A DNA stretch of 36,510 nucleotides from Armatimonadia bacterium (GCA_039683575.1 JBDKRC010000204.1:1-36510), one strand, 5' to 3'. Positions 8,614 to 17,456 are shown, numbered from the stretch's first letter. Notes: generated by a model not told the origin, from the sequence alone. Translations and numbers: made by a program.

Positions 8614-9459
8614 CTAACCTTCTACAGCCAACTGGCCTGAGAGTTCGGCCAGGGTGATTACATCGTAGATGTTGTGCTCGATGATGCGCTTGAGGCGGCA
8701 GGCGTCGCCGTCGGCCACGAAGTCATGGTACGCCTGCGGAATCTCGGCGCCCGGAATGTCGGCACAGCGCTCGCGGCAGCACAGGTGGCGTTCGAGCGTC
8801 TGGAGCTTGCAGTTGCCGTACGTGCGCCCGATGCGCGCGCGGGCCACGTGCAGCAAGTCCAGGTGCCCCTTCAAACGCAGTTGCGGCAGCCGGTGATAGC
8901 GCAGACGGTTTCTTAGATACGGCAGGTCGAAGGTAGTTCCGTTGTAGCTGACAACCAACCCGGCGCGAGCCAGCAGGCGGCGCGCGGCATTCAGCACCGG
9001 CGCCTCCTCGGCATAGTCGCGTGCCAGTAGTTGCCGGAGGTACGGCTCGCCGTTCTCATGGCACAGCAGGCCCACCAGAAACAGCGGCGTGTGGTTCAGG
9101 CCCGTGGTTTCGGTATCAAAGAAGACGACGTCCTCAGGGCTCAGATTCCCCGCCTCAGTCAGAGGTGGATGCGGAAAACGTCCCTGCCGGGTGTGCTCGG
9201 CCCAGCCTGCCACGGCCTCGAGCGCCCATGGGCCAACCTCGGCGAGGGGCGTGAGGAGTTCGTAGTATTCCCCCTCCTCGATCTCCTGAACAAGTCCGGG
9301 CAACAATTCCTCTAACGTTCCGTGAGCCTCGTCCGCCTCCCCGACAGAGAGCAGCCGGCGGCGCGGAGCGGGCGCGGGGGCGGCTTCCGGGGCGGGTCCC
9401 GGGGTGCCGGAGCGGCCCAGATTGGATAGTCGGCGGCGGGTTGATCGGTCAAGACTCAT
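8614..9459 (-). CDS. RNase H-like DEDD exonuclease (YprB/MrfB, RNase_H_2 family)
   Basis: FFDTETTGL, SYNGTTFDLPYL, HLDLLH, DIPGAEIP, HNIYDV motifs. Start 9459 or 9489. Confidence 0.9.
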   Translation of the reverse strand: MSLDRSTRRRLSNLGRSGTPGPAPEAAPAPAPRRRLLSVGEADEAHGTLEELLPGLVQEIEEGEYYELLTPLAEVGPWALEAVAGWAEHTRQGRFPHPPLTEAGNLSPEDVVFFDTETTGLNHTPLFLVGLLCHENGEPYLRQLLARDYAEEAPVLNAARRLLARAGLVVSYNGTTFDLPYLRNRLRYHRLPQLRLKGHLDLLHVARARIGRTYGNCKLQTLERHLCCRERCADIPGAEIPQAYHDFVADGDACRLKRIIEHNIYDVITLAELSGQLAVEG

Positions 9460-9494
9460 GGTGGGTACGTCTTTCGGGAAACGGCTCATGCCTG

Positions 9495-9593
9495 CTGTAG
9501 GGCGTAGCGACGTCCGCGTCGCAGGGGGCTCGTACCCCGCCGGCCGTTGTCTACGACCCCCCGAGCGGCGGGGTACGAGCCCCCGCCCTACAG
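9495..9593. repeat. GTAG-type REPIN, family A copy 2 (with hairpin insert)
   Basis: ctgtagggcg[tagcgacgtccgcgtcgca]gggggctcgtaccccgccg...cggcggggtacgagcccccgccctacag; followed by solo REP-like gcacggccagtggtgcgcccctac (9601-9624). Confidence 0.92.
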
Positions 9594-9637
9594 TCCGATT
9601 GCACGGCCAGTGGTGCGCCCCTACATAGCGCGCAGCC

Positions 9638-11353
9638 CTACCGGGCCATCTCGCTCAGGTGTGACAGGGCGCGTTCTTCACTTTGCTGCATCTGGCGCGT
9701 CAGGTCGGCGGCTTCGGCCCAGGTGGCTTCTGGTGGCGGTTCGGCGCCGGTGGCTGGACGGGTAAGCGACAAAAGCGTGCGGCGGAGTTCCTGGCCGACG
9801 CGGGCGAGCTCGCCATAGGCCTCGGCGGCCTGGGCTGCATTGTTCTGGGCAAGGCTCGGCGCGGCGGCGGCGAGGCCGGTCAGGGCGCGGGCGGCGGCGC
9901 GGCGTTCGGCGAGAAGCTGCGGCAGGGCGCCGGTGGCCCACTGGCGCAGGACTGCACTGCGCTTGGAGGAGGGGTCGTCCATCCGCTCTATCTGCTCGGC
10001 CAGAACCTCATAGGCGTGCAGGCCCGTGGCCGCGCGACCGCCTTCGCGCTGATTCGCGACTTCCAGCGCCCGCCGGGCGGTGTTGCGCAGGACGGTCGCC
10101 GGAGCGGGCGTCTGCAGTCGCTGGCCGAGCGCAAGCTGGAAGTACGGGCCGGTGACGCAATCGGTGTGGCCGCTGGTCCCACGAGCCCAGCGGCTCATGA
10201 ACTGCTGCCGGGTGAGCGCCTCGGGGCTCTGGCGACCCGCGGAGAGCAGGTACACGCGCTCTTCGGCGGGTTTGTAGCCAACGACGAGCGCCCAGGCGCC
10301 ACCGCTGGACAGCGGGATCATCGCGGGGCGGCCCTGGCTGAGGGCCTGCACGAGGCTGGCAAAGCTTGCCTCAGCGGAGGGTGCGGACCAGACATTCACG
10401 CCAAAGCCGTACTGCTCGGCAGCGGCGGCGAGGACGTTGCGGCCCAGGTTCGGCACGCTCGCGCGGTCAGGGTCATAGGCGAAGTCGAAGGCCGCGCCAC
10501 AGACGGTCAAGAGTTCTTCGGGCGTGGCGCGCACGCCCTGCTGGGCGAGCAGGCTGCTCAGGCACGCGAAGGGCTTGAGGCGCAGGCCATTGACCGCAGG
10601 CGGGGCGGGTACGCCGCTGAGTACGCGGGCGGCCCGAACCTTGGCCAAAAGCTCCTGCTTCATCTGCTGGCCGCGCTGGCCGTAGTAGATCCACCCGATC
10701 GCGCGCTTGGCCTCGACGGCGCTGGGCGTCTGCGGGTACTTGCTGACGATCTGCTCGTAGAGCCTGACCGCCTGATCGCCCTGGTTGCCCTGCTTGTCGG
10801 CGATGCGGGCGCGAATGAGCATGGCGGCAGCGCAGGGCCGCATCTGCTCAGGGTGGGCCTGCACCAGCGCGCGGGCTTCCTGGTCAGCCTCCTTGAGCTT
10901 GCCACAGGCGAACAGGGTCCGCACGAGCAGCAGGTGCGCGGCGGTCAGCGTGCGGGGATCGTCCGCGAAGCGCTCGGTGATGACCCGGTAGGTGAAGCGC
11001 ACCCCGGCGGTGTCCTTGAGGTCCTGCCCCCTGATTTGCATGACATTCAGGAGCGCTTCATCGGCATAGGGCGAATTGGGATACTTGTCCGCCAGATACT
11101 CGTAGGTCTGGACAGCCTGAAGCGGGGCGTCGAACTCCTCGCGGTGCAGATAGGCGAGCTTGTAGAGGGCGTCATCGGCCAGAGCCGAGCGCGGCTGCTC
11201 GAGGGCGAGGCGCCGGTACTCGGTCGCGGCCATGGAGGCCTGCCCCTGCGAGAAGAGGGCCTCAGCCCGGCGGTAAAGGCGCTCGGCGCGGTTGGAGCAG
11301 CCGGATAGCAGCACTACCACGATGATGGCGAGAAGAGAACCTCGTCTGCTCAC
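9638..11353 (-). CDS. TPR lipoprotein (BamD/CpoB-like repeats) with C-terminal BtrH/C39 papain-like domain
   Basis: Lipobox LSGC; repeats such as YPNSPYADEAL and YPQTPSAVEA; C-terminal ALSQGRPAMI...WALVVGY. Confidence 0.8.
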   Translation of the reverse strand: MSRRGSLLAIIVVVLLSGCSNRAERLYRRAEALFSQGQASMAATEYRRLALEQPRSALADDALYKLAYLHREEFDAPLQAVQTYEYLADKYPNSPYADEALLNVMQIRGQDLKDTAGVRFTYRVITERFADDPRTLTAAHLLLVRTLFACGKLKEADQEARALVQAHPEQMRPCAAAMLIRARIADKQGNQGDQAVRLYEQIVSKYPQTPSAVEAKRAIGWIYYGQRGQQMKQELLAKVRAARVLSGVPAPPAVNGLRLKPFACLSSLLAQQGVRATPEELLTVCGAAFDFAYDPDRASVPNLGRNVLAAAAEQYGFGVNVWSAPSAEASFASLVQALSQGRPAMIPLSSGGAWALVVGYKPAEERVYLLSAGRQSPEALTRQQFMSRWARGTSGHTDCVTGPYFQLALGQRLQTPAPATVLRNTARRALEVANQREGGRAATGLHAYEVLAEQIERMDDPSSKRSAVLRQWATGALPQLLAERRAAARALTGLAAAAPSLAQNNAAQAAEAYGELARVGQELRRTLLSLTRPATGAEPPPEATWAEAADLTRQMQQSEERALSHLSEMAR

Positions 11354-12207
11354 AGAGCTGCCACCTCCTCGAGGGCCAGACGGGCTTGCAGCAGGTCGCG
11401 TCGCGAGAACTCGTCGCTCTGCTGGGCGATGTCCGACAGGTCCTCGACCAGGGCCTCCTGCTCAATGCGGGTGACCAGATAGGTGAGTGTTGGCGCCTGG
11501 GGGCGCGCGTTGGCAATTTCATCCAGGACGAGAGAAGCGCGCTGGAGTGTACGCGCCTGCCCCTGGTCGGCACCGTCGGGATCAGGCAATTCCCCCGCCT
11601 GGTCGCGCAGGCACTGGGCCAGCTCGTGCTTGATGATCCGGTCCTGCAGGCAGGCGAGCTGGACGTCGGTGGCCCCGCTGAGGGTGGCAAAACGCAGCCA
11701 GCCGAGCCCGCCAAGAGTCACCAGAACGGCGGCGGCGGCGGCAATCCACGTGCGGCGGCGGAAGGCCGTCCGTACGCGGTGGTTGTGGGCGATTTCGTCG
11801 GCATAGCGGCCGATCAGGTCCACGAGGGGCTGAAGCTGCTCCTCGGGGAGGCTCAAGAGCCCCTCCTCGGCTTGCTGCTGGGCGTTGCGGAGGTGGCGCC
11901 GGACGGTGGCGCGGTCGGCGTAGTCGGCCAACCGGGCTCCGAGCAGATCGAAGGCGCGGTGGCTGAGATGCCCGCCGACGTAGGGGCGGGTGAGCAGGGC
12001 TAGGAGGTCCTCCCAGGCGAGAATAAGCGCCGCCTGGGCGGAGGGCTCATCAGGCGCGACGAAGGTGGCCGCGACGTAGAGGCGGTCGACCAGGCGGTAG
12101 AGCAGGGTCGCCAGCGCCTCGCGCTCGCCACGGCGGCAGCGGTGGTACAGTGCGCGCTGGACCCGCGCACCGCTCTCTTCCGGGTTGTTAACGGTGTGTC
12201 TTGGCAC
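11350..12207 (-). CDS. Hypothetical membrane protein with N-terminal ECF sigma region-2-like segment
   Basis: LYHRCRRGEREALATLLYRLVDRLYVAATFV...SAQAALILAW; TM WIAAAAAVLVTLGGLGWL; start and stop overlap both neighbours. Confidence 0.7.
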   Translation of the reverse strand: MPRHTVNNPEESGARVQRALYHRCRRGEREALATLLYRLVDRLYVAATFVAPDEPSAQAALILAWEDLLALLTRPYVGGHLSHRAFDLLGARLADYADRATVRRHLRNAQQQAEEGLLSLPEEQLQPLVDLIGRYADEIAHNHRVRTAFRRRTWIAAAAAVLVTLGGLGWLRFATLSGATDVQLACLQDRIIKHELAQCLRDQAGELPDPDGADQGQARTLQRASLVLDEIANARPQAPTLTYLVTRIEQEALVEDLSDIAQQSDEFSRRDLLQARLALEEVAAL

Positions 12208-12848
12208 TACTTGCGCTTTTCCTTGAACTTGGCATCCGAGAGGCCGGTGTTGACGCGGACGTTGTTGAACTGCACCGCGATGGTACCGGGCTTATTCTTG
12301 GACCGATCTCGGGACGGTATGGTTGCAGTCAGGCGCTGGGGCATCCAGTACTTGCTTTGCAGCTTCTGGTAGGTCCAGGTAACTGCCATCTCCAGCCCCC
12401 GCGCGGAATGCGCTTCCATGCGTTCGACCGTCCACCTGTCTCCACGTACATACACCAGTACATAGTCACCGCTGCGCCTGGCGCCCTTTTCGAGGACCCT
12501 GAGGGTGTACTGCGGGGCGCCGTTGACCCTCTTGGTGCCGAGAATGGTGACGCTGGTGTCCCTGGTCATCTCGGTGCCCATCTTGCCCAGCATGAGCGCC
12601 TCTTTGGGGATCATGACGATGCCCTTGGAGTCGATGGCGACCTTGTCCGGACGTTTATAGTACACCTTTGCCGTGCGGCGCGGTATCTGCACGTCCGGCA
12701 TGTCCACGGTGACGACGACATCGGCGACGTAATCCTTGATCTCGGCGCGCAGGTCCATGGCCCGGCGGAGGATGTCCGGGCCGGTCTGGGCGGCGAGGAC
12801 CGGGGCGAGCGTGAACGTGACAAGTATGATGATTGCGAGGCGCTTCAT
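12207..12848 (-). CDS. LolA-like (outer-membrane lipoprotein-sorting fold) periplasmic protein
   Basis: Signal peptide; VYYKRPDK, YWMPQR, FNNVRVNTGLSDAKF C-terminus characteristic of the LolA-like fold. Confidence 0.8.
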   Translation of the reverse strand: MKRLAIIILVTFTLAPVLAAQTGPDILRRAMDLRAEIKDYVADVVVTVDMPDVQIPRRTAKVYYKRPDKVAIDSKGIVMIPKEALMLGKMGTEMTRDTSVTILGTKRVNGAPQYTLRVLEKGARRSGDYVLVYVRGDRWTVERMEAHSARGLEMAVTWTYQKLQSKYWMPQRLTATIPSRDRSKNKPGTIAVQFNNVRVNTGLSDAKFKEKRK

Positions 12849-12849
12849 G

Positions 12850-13695
12850 TCAGGACACGATGTCCTTTTGGCGGAAGATGATCAGGCCGAGCACGTACGG
12901 CACGAGGCAGTAACCTACTACACAGTATAGCGCCGGGAGGAAGTCTGCGAGTTCCAATTGCGCCTTGAAGGCGTACTTCCAGGCGTCGAGATAGTTGGTC
13001 AGCAGGTAAGGCTTGAGGCACTCGAAATACTCGAGGCTCTGGATGATACCGCTGATCGGGATGAAGGCCACGGCAGCCCCGGCGGCCACGAGCGGATTCT
13101 CGAAGATGACAGAGGCCAGCAGCGCCAGGGCGCCCATGCCGCACATCAGCAGGGCGGCGAGGCCATAGGCGAGTCCGAGCCGCTGCAGGGCCATGGCCTC
13201 GTCGAGTATGACCAACCCATGCTCGCTCTGGGACATGTCCACCAGGTCTCCGCCGCCGAAGAAGACATAACCGAGCAGAAGGGTGAACAGGCCCAGGAAG
13301 AAGGTGAGCAGGATCGCGTGGGTCCCGGCGGCGAGGCTCTTGGCGGTGTAGAGCGAGGAGCGTGAGAGCGGGCGGCAGAGCCAGGTGCGCAGGACGCCGG
13401 ACTTGCTTTCGGCGGCGATGAGCGAGCTGACGATCATGGCGATGAGCGCGGGGACGAGAACGATGAAGACGGGTTCCATGATGTGCCGCGCGACGGTCTG
13501 GGCGGTGACGAGCCGGCCGCCGACGACCATGTCACGGCCGAAGGAGTGCTTCAGGTGCTCTCCAAAGCCATAGCGCCACATGCCCCAGACCATGAGGCTG
13601 GAGACGATCGCAAGTATGGCATACGACACATAGGTGCCGCGCTGGCGGAAGATTTTGTTGAGTTCGAGCCGATAGCTCGTGAGGAGGCGGATCAT
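12850..13695 (-). CDS. ABC-2 type transporter permease
   Basis: ELNKIFRQR start, IAAESKSGVLRTWLCRPLSR..LYTAK, six TM segments, FRQKDIVS end. Confidence 0.92.
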   Translation of the reverse strand: MIRLLTSYRLELNKIFRQRGTYVSYAILAIVSSLMVWGMWRYGFGEHLKHSFGRDMVVGGRLVTAQTVARHIMEPVFIVLVPALIAMIVSSLIAAESKSGVLRTWLCRPLSRSSLYTAKSLAAGTHAILLTFFLGLFTLLLGYVFFGGGDLVDMSQSEHGLVILDEAMALQRLGLAYGLAALLMCGMGALALLASVIFENPLVAAGAAVAFIPISGIIQSLEYFECLKPYLLTNYLDAWKYAFKAQLELADFLPALYCVVGYCLVPYVLGLIIFRQKDIVS

Positions 13696-13714
13696 GGTTG
13701 GTGGTTCTGGTCTA

Positions 13715-13794
13715 CTGTAGGGCGGGGGCTCGTACCCCGCCGGCCGTTATCTATGACCACCCGAGCGGCGGGGTACGGAGCCCCCGCCCTACAG
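13715..13794. repeat. GTAG-type REPIN, family A copy 3 (no insert)
   Basis: ctgtagggcgggggctcgtaccccgccg-spacer-cggcggggtacggagcccccgccctacag. Confidence 0.92.
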
Positions 13795-13812
13795 CAACGG
13801 CAACGCCAAGGC

Positions 13813-14730
13813 CTACGACTCGGGCGGCTTCATCAGCTTGAGATACAGGTCCTCGAGGTCCGGGTTGTGCGGCATCAGGGCCGAGACGCGGAGACCGCAG
13901 GCCACCAGGGCCGCGTTGAGGTCCGCCGTCTTGTCCGGCGGCAGCGAGACCTGGAGAAGGTCTTCGTATGGTTCGGCGGATTCGACGTAGGGCAACTCGC
14001 TGGCGGCTGACAGGGCGTGGGGCAGGTCATCTACCTGCACCCGCACGAGGCTGTGATCGGTCTTTAGAAGCTCCTCCACGGGGCCGCCCGCGATCAGCTT
14101 GCCCTGCGAGATAACGCCGACCTGATCGCAGATTAGCTGGACCTCGTGGAGCAGGTGGCTGGAGAGGAAGACTGTCATCTGGCGCTCGTCGCGCAGGCGC
14201 AGGAGCAGGTCGCGGATCTCCACGAGGCCCTGTGGATCGAGGCCCTGGGCGGGCTCGTCCAGGATCAGCAGGCGCGGGCGCGGAAACAGGGCCTGGGCGA
14301 TGCCGAGGCGCTGCTTCATCCCGTGGGAGAAAGTGCGTACGCGGTCATTCTGGCGCTCGGCGAGGCCAACAAGCTGCAGGGCCTCCTCGAGCGGCTGGTC
14401 GTGCGGCAGGCCCGAAAGGCGGCCTAACATCAGGAGGTTCTGGCGGGCCGAGAGATAGTCCACGAAGGCCGGCCCCTCGACCAGCGCCCCGACCTCGCGG
14501 CGGGAGCGGGTGTCGTCCCAGCGCACCGGGCGGCCAAGCAGGGCGGAGGAGCCGCTGGTGGGCTTGATGAGGCCAAGCAGCATGCGGATTGTGGTGCTTT
14601 TGCCCGCGCCGTTGGGGCCAAGGAAGCCATAGATGCAGCCGGTGGGTACGCGCAGATCGAGGCCCGCGACGGCCTGGCGGCGGCCGTAGCGCTTGTGCAG
14701 GGCGCAGGTTTCGATGGCGTAGGTGGGCAT
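13813..14730 (-). CDS. ABC transporter ATP-binding protein (BcrA-like exporter subfamily)
   Basis: Walker A GPNGAGKST, signature FSHGMKQR, Walker B LLILDEP, SSH switch. Confidence 0.96.
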   Translation of the reverse strand: MPTYAIETCALHKRYGRRQAVAGLDLRVPTGCIYGFLGPNGAGKSTTIRMLLGLIKPTSGSSALLGRPVRWDDTRSRREVGALVEGPAFVDYLSARQNLLMLGRLSGLPHDQPLEEALQLVGLAERQNDRVRTFSHGMKQRLGIAQALFPRPRLLILDEPAQGLDPQGLVEIRDLLLRLRDERQMTVFLSSHLLHEVQLICDQVGVISQGKLIAGGPVEELLKTDHSLVRVQVDDLPHALSAASELPYVESAEPYEDLLQVSLPPDKTADLNAALVACGLRVSALMPHNPDLEDLYLKLMKPPES

Positions 14731-14743
14731 GATTTGGATGTTT

Positions 14744-14844
14744 GCTGTAGGGCGGGGGCTCGTACCCCGCCGCTCGGGTGGTCATGGATAAAGGCCGGCG
14801 GGGTACGAGCCCCCTGCGACGCGGACGTCGCTCCGCCCTACAGC
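14744..14844. repeat. GTAG-type REPIN, family A copy 4 (reverse orientation, with insert)
   Basis: gctgtagggcgggggctcgtaccccgccgctcgggtggtcatggataaaggccggcggggtacgagccccc[tgcgacgcggacgtcgctc]cgccctacagc. Confidence 0.92.
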
Positions 14845-14855
14845 CTTGAAGCAGC

Positions 14856-15686
14856 CTACAGGCTCGCGGCCATGGCTATGCAGGCGCGGTTCTGTAGCTC
14901 GCGCATCGGGTCCGCGCTGCCCTTGAAGCCATTCATCATGATAGAGAAACATAGAACCTGCCCGTTGCGGTCCACGTAACCCGAGAGCGTTGAGACGCCG
15001 GTTAGAAACCCGGTCTTGGCGCGTACGCAGCCTGCCGCGCAGGAGTCCTTCATCCGCGTGCGCAGGGTGCCATCCACGCCCGCAATGGGCAGGGAGTTCA
15101 CACAGGGCCCGGCGCAGTCGCTTTCGGTGCGCATGTACCGCAGCAACTCGACGAGGAACCGCGGGGTGAGGCGGTTTTGGCGCGAGAGACCGCTGCCGTC
15201 CACAAAGACGCAACCCTCCACCGGCAGGCCGACTTGCCGCCACGCGGAGGCCATCAGCTCCTGGTAGTCACTGGCCGCGTGCGCGTCGAGCAGCGCCTGC
15301 CGGAAGCCCTCGGCGAGGTAGTTGCTGCTGGGCTTGTTCATGTCACTGAGCAGGCGGCAGGTCGGCTGGGGCTGCGCGCAGTGCTTGCCGAACCACGCGG
15401 CATGGGCGTCGGGCGGGAATTCGTGCTCGTCGCGCCAGGTGCGCAGAGCCAGGGCGCCGGTGGGAAGCTTCATGTTGGAGGCGGGCATGAAGGGCCGATC
15501 CGGTGTACGCTGGTACAGGACCGTCCCACTAAGGTCTTGCACCAAAACGCCTACAGCGACGCCATTCAGGCGCGGGCTGTCGAAGATGGGGTCCAGGTCA
15601 GCTTGCAGGCTCGCGGCCTGAGAAAGGGCCGTTACGAGCAAGCAGGACGCAAGCAGGAATGGACGCGGCGGGCGGAGGTGACGCAT
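14856..15686 (-). CDS. dacB: D-alanyl-D-alanine carboxypeptidase/endopeptidase, peptidase S13 (PBP4/DacB-like), minimal form
   Basis: PASNMK (SxxK), SSNYLAE (SxN), DGSGLSR, SLPIAGVDGTL, AKTG; signal peptide. Confidence 0.88.
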   Translation of the reverse strand: MRHLRPPRPFLLASCLLVTALSQAASLQADLDPIFDSPRLNGVAVGVLVQDLSGTVLYQRTPDRPFMPASNMKLPTGALALRTWRDEHEFPPDAHAAWFGKHCAQPQPTCRLLSDMNKPSSNYLAEGFRQALLDAHAASDYQELMASAWRQVGLPVEGCVFVDGSGLSRQNRLTPRFLVELLRYMRTESDCAGPCVNSLPIAGVDGTLRTRMKDSCAAGCVRAKTGFLTGVSTLSGYVDRNGQVLCFSIMMNGFKGSADPMRELQNRACIAMAASL

Positions 15687-15693
15687 TGGCGAT

Positions 15694-15699
15694 ATTATA
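15694..15699 (-). promoter_or_regulatory. -10 box TATAAT 7 nt before dacB ATG (probable leaderless transcript)
   Basis: Minus strand cagggTATAATatcgccaATG; no Shine-Dalgarno visible. Confidence 0.65.
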
Positions 15700-15756
15700 C
15701 CCTGCTGGCGGGAACGGGGGAAGGGGAGGGGTGCCGGGAACCGGGCACCAGTTGGT

Positions 15757-15843
15757 CAAAACGGGGACGGAGCCTTCGCGCCGATCAGAGTGTTGAGAGT
15801 TCCAGCGCACAAATCACGGCGCGAAAGCTCCGTCCCCGTTTTG
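15757..15843. repeat. Inverted repeat, family E (27-bp arms)
   Basis: caaaacggggacggagccttcgcgccg (15757-15783) and cggcgcgaaagctccgtccccgttttg (15817-15843), one mismatch. Confidence 0.85.
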
Positions 15844-15937
15844 GGCGACAGGCGACATCGCCTTCGACGCAGCCCGAACCTTCCCTGCCCGAGGCCGTCA
15901 ACACTCCTGCAAACAAACCATTCCCAAGAGGTGGAAC

Positions 15938-16681
15938 ATGCGGACACGGATATTGGTAATCGCGGGACTATTGGCGCTGACGACGGTAGGGGCGTGGGCG
16001 CAGGGGGGGAAGATACGCGTGCTTGGGCAGGGCGAGGTCTTCACCGCCCCTGACATTGCGGAGGCGTCGTTTTCGGTACGGGCGGAGGACAAGCAGCTTC
16101 CGGCGGCGCGGGAAAAGGCCGCGGCGCAGATGACGCGCGTGCTCGACGCGCTCAAGGCGCTGAAACTGCCGGGGCTGACGCTGAGCACCACTTCGATCAG
16201 TGTGACGCCGCTCGTAAAGCCGCAGGAGGGGGGATACGTAGGGCCTGATGCCGAGGCGCGACGGGAGGTCGTGGGCTACCAGGTGACGAGCACGGTCAAC
16301 GCGCGGCTCGAGGGCGAGCCGGCGGCCCTGTCGCAGGGCATGTCGAAGATCATGGACACAGCAGTCGCCAACGGCGCGACGACGTTCTTCGGGCCGAACA
16401 TCTACCGGCGCAACCTCGACGAGCCGAACCGTCAGGCGCTGGCCGTGGCGACGAAGGACGCGGTAGCGAAGGCCCAGGCACTGGCAGCGGCGGCGGGAGT
16501 GACCATCAAGGGGTATAGCTACGTGGGAATGTACCCTGAGGACCAGCCGAACCAGGGGCCGATGCCGATGTTCGAAGCGCGGACCATGGCCATGGGCGGC
16601 GGGGGAGCGCCGACGCCGACGCCGGTGGAGGTGCGGGATATCCAGGTAACGGCGCAGGTCTGGGTGACGGCGGTGTACTGA
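15938..16681 (+). CDS. SIMPL domain protein (DUF541, YggE/BP26-like)
   Basis: Signal peptide; IRVLGQGEVFTAPDIA, GYQVTSTV, AVAKAQALAAAAGV, VTAQVWVTAVY. Confidence 0.9.
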   Translation: MRTRILVIAGLLALTTVGAWAQGGKIRVLGQGEVFTAPDIAEASFSVRAEDKQLPAAREKAAAQMTRVLDALKALKLPGLTLSTTSISVTPLVKPQEGGYVGPDAEARREVVGYQVTSTVNARLEGEPAALSQGMSKIMDTAVANGATTFFGPNIYRRNLDEPNRQALAVATKDAVAKAQALAAAAGVTIKGYSYVGMYPEDQPNQGPMPMFEARTMAMGGGGAPTPTPVEVRDIQVTAQVWVTAVY

Positions 16682-16726
16682 GCACAAGCGAGCGGAAGGG
16701 AGATCGGCGTCAACACATGACCTGTC

Positions 16727-17407
16727 TCACCATGTCACGGGCTTGATGATCGTGCCGCGACTATCAATGAGCTGATCCTCAAAGACCGCCGCGCGCAGCA
16801 CCTTTGCGGAGAGATCGAAGGCGCCTGTTGCTGCCTGGTCGAGACGACGGGTCCGGGCTGTGGGATTGGGCCTGCACAGGTATACGGGCTTGCCTACGTC
16901 TTTTGTGACAAGATTGATGGCTCCAGCCAAATCCTCGTCGGTGGTTATTACGAGGGCCACGTCAAAGGTCTTTGTATCGTCTGTCTGGTTGGCATCGTGG
17001 ACCAGGTGGGCCGCCAGATTCACATCGGAGCCTTTCTCCTCGCACCTGAGTACCTGCGCCATTTTGGGCTTCTGCCCACAGACATCGACCCCGGCAGCCT
17101 CCTGAGCCTCCAGCGCATAGACGGAGGAGCATAGCGGCATGTACTTTTCCCAGCGGGTGAAATAGCCCTCAATTCGCTCAACACAGCCGAGCGTCTTCAG
17201 GGCTCGCCAATAGGTGCGCTGGTTTCTACGCTGGTCGGGTGCGCCGGCCCGCTGCTCAACCATGGCGGTGAAGTACTTCACTCGTTCGACTGTGTCGTTC
17301 GGGCGCAGTGACTGGCAGAGATCGAGAAGGTTGACCCACTTGCAGGAGAGTCGCTTACACGCGCCATGGTACAGGTTGAACCCATCTATGTACGCCCAAC
17401 AGCGCAT
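16727..17407 (-). CDS. NYN domain (LabA/DUF88, PIN-like) ribonuclease
   Basis: YIDGFNLY, VKYFTA, EEKGSDVNLA, TTDEDL acidic active-site motifs; visibly more A/T-rich than flanking genes. Confidence 0.92.
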   Translation of the reverse strand: MRCWAYIDGFNLYHGACKRLSCKWVNLLDLCQSLRPNDTVERVKYFTAMVEQRAGAPDQRRNQRTYWRALKTLGCVERIEGYFTRWEKYMPLCSSVYALEAQEAAGVDVCGQKPKMAQVLRCEEKGSDVNLAAHLVHDANQTDDTKTFDVALVITTDEDLAGAINLVTKDVGKPVYLCRPNPTARTRRLDQAATGAFDLSAKVLRAAVFEDQLIDSRGTIIKPVTW

Positions 17408-17420
17408 ATGACTATCCCCC

Positions 17421-17456
17421 AGAAAAAGTGCAAGCCACCCTTGAGAGGTGGCCTGC
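17421..17456 (-). terminator. Intrinsic terminator just upstream of the NYN start codon
   Basis: Minus strand gcaggccacc-tctcaag-ggtggcttgc-ac-tttttct; the G-U wobble pairs only on the minus strand. Confidence 0.75.

Noticed and set aside
9683-11308. Long plus-strand ORF (541 aa); similarly 34205-36055, 28998-30155, 5149-6144, 7245-8177, 24217-25134
   Set aside because: Antisense shadows of well-supported genes in high-GC DNA, with no motifs.
15757-15843. IS or MITE terminal inverted repeats
   Set aside because: No transposase and no clear target-site duplication; kept only as a REP-like inverted repeat.
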